A stretch of 64,000 nucleotides of DNA, taken from an uncultured Pelagibacteraceae bacterium. GTDB lineage: Bacteria > Pseudomonadota > Alphaproteobacteria > Pelagibacterales > AG-422-B15. Of the stretch, positions 38,014 through 45,114 are shown piece after piece. Every line of letters starts with the position of its first letter. Positions within the stretch are counted from its first letter, which is position 1. The notes under the pieces are model-generated. The model had not been told where the DNA came from. It saw only the letters and a program-made list of their open reading frames with translations, and searched no databases. Both the position numbers and the translations under genes were made by a program. Where the stretch lies: NCBI GenBank assembly GCA_902577765.1, contig CACHAK010000005.1, forward strand, positions 3,283 through 67,282. Reading direction: 5' to 3'.

Positions 38014-39033
38014 ATGAAGAATAAATTTAGTATAAAAAGTGCTATTATTTTAATAGCCTCTTCTTTGATTTTATTTGTTGCCGCATGTGATAGGCAAGAT
38101 AGTGCTCAGAAATCTCAGTTAAAGGCAGCGGTAGCTGACTGGACTGGTGGAGAAATCACATGCCAAGTAGCTGTTAGTATACTCGAGGAAGAACTTAACT
38201 ACGAAGTAGAAAGAATCGAATTTGCATCAGGAACCGGACTATGGGAAGCAATCGCAGCAGGAGACATTGATTTTGCGTGTGAAAGTTGGCCAAGTTACGC
38301 TGAGGCTGATGATGTAATGATTAACATGAATCTTGTATACGAAGGAGAGGTTGTTAAAGAGTATTCTGGTGATGGATCTGTTGATGCGTATACAAGTGGT
38401 ATAATTGGAATGTCTGATTACTATGTTCCAAAATATTTTGTTGATGCTAACCCAGACTTTAAAGACTGGTCAGATCTGAATAAATTTAAAGATCAATTTG
38501 CGACACCTGAAACAGGTTCAAAAGGTAGATTAATCGGATGTCCAGTTGCTGGTTGGAACTGTCATGATCAAAAAAGATTAGATCTTTTAGGAATTGATTT
38601 TGAAGCATCAGAACTAGGTACTGAGGTTGCTGCCTTAGCAGAAGCTCAAGGAGCTTACGATAGAGGTGAAGCATTCCTTCTATATCTTTGGGAACCACAC
38701 TTTTTCTTCGGTAAGAATGAAATGGTTGGTGTAAAACTTCCAACATACAAATACTGTGACAGTTTTACTGAAGCTAATAACTGGCAAGATTGTGGAACTG
38801 AAGCATGGCCTGCCACAGGTTGGGATAAAGACTACACGATGAATTATATGAATCCTGAAGTTATGTCTAAACCTGAGAACGCTGATGCAGTTGCATTCTT
38901 CAAAAAAATGGCTTTCTCTAACACAGATCAAGCAAAAATGCTTGTACGAGTTGGTGACGACGGACTATCTGTAGAAGAAGCTGTTGCTGAATGGAAAAAC
39001 AGTACAGACGAATGGAAAGCTTGGCTTCCATAA
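38014..39033 (+). CDS. Betaine/proline-family substrate-binding protein with lipobox
   Basis: DWTGG, GDIDFACESW, LIGCP.GWNC, LYLWEPH; lipobox VAAC at Cys25. Confidence 0.85.
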   Translation: MKNKFSIKSAIILIASSLILFVAACDRQDSAQKSQLKAAVADWTGGEITCQVAVSILEEELNYEVERIEFASGTGLWEAIAAGDIDFACESWPSYAEADDVMINMNLVYEGEVVKEYSGDGSVDAYTSGIIGMSDYYVPKYFVDANPDFKDWSDLNKFKDQFATPETGSKGRLIGCPVAGWNCHDQKRLDLLGIDFEASELGTEVAALAEAQGAYDRGEAFLLYLWEPHFFFGKNEMVGVKLPTYKYCDSFTEANNWQDCGTEAWPATGWDKDYTMNYMNPEVMSKPENADAVAFFKKMAFSNTDQAKMLVRVGDDGLSVEEAVAEWKNSTDEWKAWLP

Positions 39034-39059
39034 GTCCTAAATAGCTAAATCAGAAAATT

Positions 39060-39094
39060 AAGGCCTTGTTACTTTTGTGCAAGGCCTTTTTTTT
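39060..39094 (+). terminator. Intrinsic terminator after the binding-protein gene
   Basis: AAGGCCTTG...CAAGGCCTT followed by a T-run. Confidence 0.85.
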
Positions 39095-39105
39095 AATTAA
39101 TTATC

Positions 39106-40017
39106 ATGATAACCACACCGAGACATCCTTACTATTATACAATTAGTTTCGCATTATTAGTTGCTGCGGGTATGTGGGGTTTATTCTGGATCCCCCAAAG
39201 AGCACTAGAATCTGGCGGTTTAACTGGTGGATGGGCAACGATTTCTCAAATGGTTATACCTTTTGTAATGTTGCTACCAATCTCGTTTTGGAGGCTTTAT
39301 AAAGGTCAGTCTTTTGGCCTAGAGTATCCTTTAATTGGACTTTTGTTTGGAGGTGGTATTGCTTGCTACGCTAATAGTTTTTTACTTACAGATGTAGTCA
39401 GAGCTTTAATACTCTTTTATATAACTCCTGTTTGGACGACTCTTTTTGAAATAGTATTTCTTAGAAAAATTCCACGTTTTTATAGGTACATAACATTAGC
39501 TCTTGCACTATCTGGTGTTTGGATTGTTTTTGGACAAGACGGCGTGATACCATTACCACAAAATTCTGGTGACTGGATTGCTTTATTGGGCGGAATTCTT
39601 ATTGCCGCATCAGCAGTTAGAATGGAGATTAAAAAGCCAGAAGGAATATATCCTATCCTATTTTCATTCTTTTTTTATGGCGGCTTATTTACATTAATAC
39701 AATCATATTTCTTGAGCGACTACCTTGGTAATGCTCCATCAATAGAGTCATGGATTTCAATGATGCCTTGGCTAATTTTAATTGCAATTTTATTTCATAT
39801 ACCGACAAATATCGTGATCTTAGGTGCACCAAGTAGAATTGGTGCAGGCATATTTTCTATAATTATACTTTTTGAAATAGTTGTAGGAACTTTCAGTGCC
39901 GCGGTATTAACAGATGAGCTTATTGGATGGCGAGAAATATTAGGCAGCTCTTTCATTATATTTGCTGGATTAACAGAAATAATATTTGCATCAAAGACTG
40001 AAGAAGATACGGGCTAA
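39106..40017 (+). CDS. DMT/EamA family transporter
   Basis: About 10 TM segments; GMWGL, LFYITPVWTTL, LFEIV. Confidence 0.85.
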   Translation: MITTPRHPYYYTISFALLVAAGMWGLFWIPQRALESGGLTGGWATISQMVIPFVMLLPISFWRLYKGQSFGLEYPLIGLLFGGGIACYANSFLLTDVVRALILFYITPVWTTLFEIVFLRKIPRFYRYITLALALSGVWIVFGQDGVIPLPQNSGDWIALLGGILIAASAVRMEIKKPEGIYPILFSFFFYGGLFTLIQSYFLSDYLGNAPSIESWISMMPWLILIAILFHIPTNIVILGAPSRIGAGIFSIIILFEIVVGTFSAAVLTDELIGWREILGSSFIIFAGLTEIIFASKTEEDTG

Positions 40018-40944
40018 CTATAATTGATTGAGTACTTTAATGTGTTCAACTGTAGTGCCGCAACATCCACCTATAATTTGCGCTCCAGCATCCTTCCACT
40101 TTTTTGCTTCAATTAAATAATCATCAGGAGAAATTACATTGCTCATGTCGTAGTGTGGAAAATTAAATACTGCTACTTCTGGATACGCCATAACAGGAAG
40201 GTCATATACTTCTTTAAGTTCTTTAATACTTTGTTCTATTACATTAATTTCACAATGCATTATTCCTACAGCATCCAATTTATGATGTTTCACATTACTA
40301 ATCATTTTTTTAAAACTATAGTCATAGTCTGTAGTAAGGGCTATTAACCCGTCTTTATTTCTAGATGAGAATCCGGCCCACACAGGCAATCCCGCCTTGC
40401 TTGCTGAGTCAAAAATTATTTCAATTCGATCTGGTCGATACATTAACTCTAGTAGAATAAAATCACACCCATTATCGGCTAGAAAAAAAGCGAGCTCATC
40501 AAAAGACTTTTGAAAATATTCGGGTGTGAGTTTTTTTTTAAATTTCTCTCTTTCCTCTTGTGTTTCAAAAGCATCCTCATACGGTATTTGATGAGACAAG
40601 GACCCAGCTACAAGTACATCATCTCTACCACATTCTTCCCTTGCTTCTAGAGCTGCATTTATTGCACTTAGATTTATTTCTTTGAATTGATTATCTACCC
40701 CCGCAGTTTCTAAGATCATTCGATTTGTTGCATAAGTATTTGTAGTTATAATACTTGAACCAGCCTCAATATAATCTTTATGTATTTGCTTTAATGTATC
40801 GCTCTCTAAGGAAGCTGTGCCACACCAAGAATTATCCATTTTAATACCACGGTTTTCAAGCTCCGAACCAGTGGCCCCATCAAGAAGAATATTTTCTCCG
40901 GCATGAATACGTTTCATTAAATTTTCATATCTTTTGCTCATCAT
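40018..40944 (-). CDS. Homocysteine S-methyltransferase (MmuM/BHMT family)
   Basis: LLDGATGSEL, HKDYIEAG, TTNTY, Zn ligands MHC and GGCCG. Confidence 0.9.
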   Translation of the reverse strand: MMSKRYENLMKRIHAGENILLDGATGSELENRGIKMDNSWCGTASLESDTLKQIHKDYIEAGSSIITTNTYATNRMILETAGVDNQFKEINLSAINAALEAREECGRDDVLVAGSLSHQIPYEDAFETQEEREKFKKKLTPEYFQKSFDELAFFLADNGCDFILLELMYRPDRIEIIFDSASKAGLPVWAGFSSRNKDGLIALTTDYDYSFKKMISNVKHHKLDAVGIMHCEINVIEQSIKELKEVYDLPVMAYPEVAVFNFPHYDMSNVISPDDYLIEAKKWKDAGAQIIGGCCGTTVEHIKVLNQL

Positions 40945-41049
40945 TATTTTTTAGCATTTATAGTTTTAATTAGTAAGTAGAAACTTAGGAAAAGGATTTA
41001 CTTTTTATGACTTTATGGTCTATAAGGTCTGATCATTAAGGAGAACAGA

Positions 41050-42186
41050 ATGTCAAAAGGTATTATATACACCCCAAGGATTAGAAAATCACCTTTCTTT
41101 GAAGAGACACTAAAATACGGCGCTACCAATTTTACAACTTATAACCGTATGACGATGCCTGTTGGCTATACGACTCCTGAGGAGGAGTACCAATCATTAA
41201 TAAACGATGTAACATTATGGGATGTGGCAGCAGAGAGACAAATTGAAATTATTGGAGAGGACGCCGCTAAATTTGTTCAGTATATGACGCCAAGAAATCT
41301 ATCAACTTTTAAAGATGGGTTTTGTCGTTACGCATTTATGACAGATGAAAATGGTGGAATCATAAATGATCCATTAATTTTAAAGTTTAATGAAAATAAG
41401 TATTGGCTGAGTATTGCAGATTCTGATGCGATACTATGGTGTAAAGGCGTTGCTTTATCTGGTAAGTTTAATGTTAAAATTTCGGAGCCTGAAGCTTGTC
41501 CGCTTTCATTGCAAGGCCCGCGCGCAAAAGAACTCATGAGAAAAGCTACAAATGATGATCCAGTTATTATGGGATTAAAATATTATCAATTTATCGAAAC
41601 TAACTTATTTGGATTAGATATCGTCATTGCACGCAGCGGTTGGAGTAATCAGTTTGGATACGAAATTTATATAACAAGAGAAGTAGATGGTCCGGCATTA
41701 TGGAATGCATTAATGGAAGCAGGAAAAGAGTTTAAAATTGTACCAAGTTGTCCTAATCAAATAGATAGAATTGAAGCCGGTATGATTTCCCACCAAGGAG
41801 ATACCTCATTAGCTGAGAACCCTTTAGAACTAAACTTACCAAAATTTTATGATCTTGATCAAGAAGCGGACTTTGTAGGAAAAGATGCTCTCTTAAAAAT
41901 AAGAGAAGAGGGCATTAAAAAACAATTCACTGGTTTTAAAATTTCAGGAAAGAAAATTGGTTATAATATGGCAAGAATACCATTGTTTGACAATAACTCT
42001 GAAAAAAAAGGATTTGTAACCAGCTGTATTTATAGCCCAAACTTTGGATGCAATATTGCCTTAGGGTTCATTGATATTGATTTAATTAATTCAGAAGAAG
42101 TTTATCAGATTGATCATGATGGAGAGAAACGAGAAGTTGAAGTTGTCCCTTTACCATTTAGTTCTAGACTCGAAAAAATGGAATAA
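41050..42186 (+). CDS. DmdA-like GcvT-family THF-dependent demethylase
   Basis: RIRKSPFF, TYNRM, LWDVAAERQIEI, NDP, SIADSD, RSGWS...GYEI, RIEAG; RBS AAGGAGA. Confidence 0.85.
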   Translation: MSKGIIYTPRIRKSPFFEETLKYGATNFTTYNRMTMPVGYTTPEEEYQSLINDVTLWDVAAERQIEIIGEDAAKFVQYMTPRNLSTFKDGFCRYAFMTDENGGIINDPLILKFNENKYWLSIADSDAILWCKGVALSGKFNVKISEPEACPLSLQGPRAKELMRKATNDDPVIMGLKYYQFIETNLFGLDIVIARSGWSNQFGYEIYITREVDGPALWNALMEAGKEFKIVPSCPNQIDRIEAGMISHQGDTSLAENPLELNLPKFYDLDQEADFVGKDALLKIREEGIKKQFTGFKISGKKIGYNMARIPLFDNNSEKKGFVTSCIYSPNFGCNIALGFIDIDLINSEEVYQIDHDGEKREVEVVPLPFSSRLEKME

Positions 42187-42836
42187 TGATTTCAAGAAGT
42201 AGAGTTAATCAACTTTTATTCCTCTCAATAATTATATTAGCAGTCGTCACTGGTTGGGCAGTTTCTGAATTATTTAGAGACAATACTTCAGAAGTATCAA
42301 ATGATATTGATTTAAAATTCACAGCAGTTGACCATTTTGGAGTTGATGTAAGCGAAAGAACTTACAGCGGATATAGTAAAGTATTCTTTTTTGGCTTTAC
42401 TCATTGCCCAGATATTTGTCCAATTAGTGCAAATCTTATGAGTAATGCCATTGATCAATTAAATAGAGAAAACCATTCAATAGAAAATATAAAATTTTTC
42501 TTTGTAACAGTTGATCCTGCTAGGGATAACCCTGACCGATTAAAAGAATTTCTTAGCAACTTTAGCAATAATTTAATTGGTTTAACGGGGACACATGAAA
42601 ATCTTATGCCAATATGGAAAGATTTTTTTGTACATGTAGAGCCGGCAACAAATTCAGAACATCAAAATTATCTAGGTACATCTGAACAATCTGATGAAAT
42701 AACTAATAAAGAAAAAAATTACATGGTTCAACATACTGCTTTCTATTATATTTTTGATGATAATGATGTATTAAGAAGCATACTTCCCTTTGGTTCTAGT
42801 ATTGAACAAATGGTTGAAGATTTAAAAAATCTATAA
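42186..42836 (+). CDS. SCO/SenC copper chaperone
   Basis: N-terminal TM helix, FGFTHCPDIC (CxxxC), TVDPARD, distal His (VQHT). Confidence 0.95.
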   Translation: MISRSRVNQLLFLSIIILAVVTGWAVSELFRDNTSEVSNDIDLKFTAVDHFGVDVSERTYSGYSKVFFFGFTHCPDICPISANLMSNAIDQLNRENHSIENIKFFFVTVDPARDNPDRLKEFLSNFSNNLIGLTGTHENLMPIWKDFFVHVEPATNSEHQNYLGTSEQSDEITNKEKNYMVQHTAFYYIFDDNDVLRSILPFGSSIEQMVEDLKNL

Positions 42837-42838
42837 CA

Positions 42839-43084
42839 ATGTATAAAATATCAATATTTATTTTTTTTATTTTATTGTCTTGTTCCGAAATAATAGAAAC
42901 AAATAAATATAGAGAATTGGCATCTGAACAAGCATCAAAAAAAAATTGTGATGCTAATGTTGAGCTTCTTTTAAAACATGAAAAGACTGAATTATGGGCA
43001 TCTTATCATAACAAAGATAAAAACTTATTATGCGTTTTAACTTGTGTTAACGATGTCTGTATGTTTTCGACAGAGAGAGATTAA
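42839..43084 (+). CDS. Small Cys-rich lipoprotein, function unknown
   Basis: Lipobox LLSC at Cys15; four more Cys (KNC, CVLTCVNDVC). Confidence 0.7.
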   Translation: MYKISIFIFFILLSCSEIIETNKYRELASEQASKKNCDANVELLLKHEKTELWASYHNKDKNLLCVLTCVNDVCMFSTERD

Positions 43085-43087
43085 GGG

Positions 43088-43543
43088 TTGTATAAAGCAC
43101 TAATAATAGTTTTGTTTTTAGTTTCTACAAAAATTGGAGCTGCTCACCAATTTCAAAAAGATCATATTAATATAAATCACCCACACATTAAGTTTGTAAT
43201 TTCATCAGGCCCTGCAGCTGGATATATGAAAATAGTAAACATGGGTTTCGAGACAGATCGTTTAATTAAAGTTGTTACTGACTTTGCAGATACTGAGTTA
43301 CATTATTCAAGTGAAGAAAATGGAATAGTTACAATGAGTAAAGTTGATTTTATTGAAATCCCTCCACAAAAAGCTAAATCGCTCAAACCCGGCACGCACC
43401 ATATAATGTTTTCAAATTTTAGTATTGAATTAACTCATGGAATAAGTTTAGAAGGGTTTTTAGTATTTGAAAATGCAGGCGAGATCAAAGTGCTTTTTGA
43501 GGTTGAAACTCAAAAAAGTTTAGATGATCATACAGAACATTAA
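43088..43543 (+). CDS. PCu(A)C periplasmic copper chaperone
   Basis: Signal peptide; AAGYMKI, ELH...TM, LKPGTHHIM (H-M-HxM ligand pattern). TTG start. Confidence 0.9.
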   Translation: MYKALIIVLFLVSTKIGAAHQFQKDHININHPHIKFVISSGPAAGYMKIVNMGFETDRLIKVVTDFADTELHYSSEENGIVTMSKVDFIEIPPQKAKSLKPGTHHIMFSNFSIELTHGISLEGFLVFENAGEIKVLFEVETQKSLDDHTEH

Positions 43544-44424
43544 TGAAAACATTTAAAATTGAATATATCACCACACTTTTTTTTCTCACCTTGCTAATTG
43601 CTTTAGCTTGGTATTATTTATTCCTCATGGCATCTAATCCAATGGACTCAATGATGCAAAATAAAAATCCAATGACAATGTCAATGGAAACCGCGTCAGA
43701 AAATGAAATGTCAATGAACTCGATGTCTAATACAGAAATGACTATGGACTCAATGAATATGAATGAAAAAAACTCATCAATCAATTTTCTTATGATGCCA
43801 ATGACAGGAAAGTGGACAATAAATGATTTTATCGTGATGTTCGTAATGTGGACCGTCATGATGTTTGCGATGATGCTTCCATCTACATTTATCTTTTTAA
43901 ATATTTTTAGAATGATGAGATCGAATATGCAAATATCGTCGAATATTATTATTGAGATGATAGTGATTTCATTCACTTATATTTTAATTTGGACAATTTT
44001 TTCACTTATTGCATGTACTCTTCAATATATTTTTCACAATAACGGAGTAGTCGATATGATGGGAACATTACAAAACAATATTCTTGCAGGATTATTTCTT
44101 GTTGGAGCAGGTGCATTTCAATTTACAAGTTTGAAAGATACATGTCTTGAGAAATGCAGAAACCCCTTATCGTTTCTGATGGCTGGTCCTATTAAAGGAT
44201 ACGGAAATGTTGCCTATGTGGGTCTAAAGCATGGTTTATTTTGCCTAGGGTGTTGCTGGGTTCTTATGCTTCTGCTTTTTGTAAATGGAGTTATGAATTT
44301 ACTTTGGGTTGTCGCAATAACAATAATTGTATTGGCTGAAAAAATGCTGCCTTACGAGAAACTTAGCTCTAGATTTCTGGGCATTCTTCTTGTAGGTTGG
44401 GGGGCGTATTTAATACTTATTTAA
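43543..44424 (+). CDS. DUF2182 predicted metal-binding integral membrane protein
   Basis: MWTVMMFAMMLPS, QFTSLKDTCLEKCRNP, GLFCLGCCWVLM, GVMNLLW; Met-rich loop. Confidence 0.9.
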   Translation: MKTFKIEYITTLFFLTLLIALAWYYLFLMASNPMDSMMQNKNPMTMSMETASENEMSMNSMSNTEMTMDSMNMNEKNSSINFLMMPMTGKWTINDFIVMFVMWTVMMFAMMLPSTFIFLNIFRMMRSNMQISSNIIIEMIVISFTYILIWTIFSLIACTLQYIFHNNGVVDMMGTLQNNILAGLFLVGAGAFQFTSLKDTCLEKCRNPLSFLMAGPIKGYGNVAYVGLKHGLFCLGCCWVLMLLLFVNGVMNLLWVVAITIIVLAEKMLPYEKLSSRFLGILLVGWGAYLILI

Positions 44425-44428
44425 CTAT

Positions 44429-45109
44429 ATGACTGTAAATCCACTAAACTTACATTGGGAAATAAAAGGAAATTTTTTGCTGAATTGTAACTGCGATGTA
44501 TTTTGCAATTGTCCGATGTCCCTGGGGAGAGCGGTTCCAAATTCACCAAATGGTAAATGCTTTTCATGGTGGGGAATTAATATCGAAGAAGGATACGCAG
44601 AAGAAAAGTGGTCTGGATTTAACCCTATCAAAAGAGAGTCTAAAGGAATTATGGATTTAAGTGGTTTAAATGTTGCTATTCTTTTAGAAGTTCCTGGCCC
44701 TTTAGGTTCAGGCGGTTGGACAGCAGGATTATATATTGATGAAAAAGCATCTGATGATGCAGCTGATGCGCTCGCAGTTATTTTCTCAGGTCAAGCAGGT
44801 GGACAAACAGGTTGGTTTAGACATATGATTGCAAACTTCCTTGGCGTAAAAAGATGTTCTATATCATATAAAGAAACCGACGATGGATGGTCGTTTACAA
44901 TTCCAGAAATCTTAGATGGTCGAATTGAACATGAGCCAGGAAAAGAGAGAGGCGAAGTAGTAAAAGTATCAAACTTAAAATATTGGGTTGCGCCAGAAAT
45001 AATTGTTTGTAAAGGATCAAAAAGAAGTAGGATTAGAGATCACGGCCGTAATTGGGATTTCACAGGTGGAAGTGCCGAATATTGTGCTGTTGATTGGGCC
45101 GGACCATAA
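44429..45109 (+). CDS. DUF1326 Cys-rich protein
   Basis: W.IKG...NCNCDVFCNCP...C, YIDEKAS, IFSGQAGG, RDHGRNWDF. Confidence 0.9.
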   Translation: MTVNPLNLHWEIKGNFLLNCNCDVFCNCPMSLGRAVPNSPNGKCFSWWGINIEEGYAEEKWSGFNPIKRESKGIMDLSGLNVAILLEVPGPLGSGGWTAGLYIDEKASDDAADALAVIFSGQAGGQTGWFRHMIANFLGVKRCSISYKETDDGWSFTIPEILDGRIEHEPGKERGEVVKVSNLKYWVAPEIIVCKGSKRSRIRDHGRNWDFTGGSAEYCAVDWAGP

Positions 45110-45114
45110 TTCAT

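Noticed and set aside
41050-42186. Calling this gene dmdA
   Set aside because: It shares family motifs but the N-terminal signature differs from DmdA as I recall it; orthology needs a tree.
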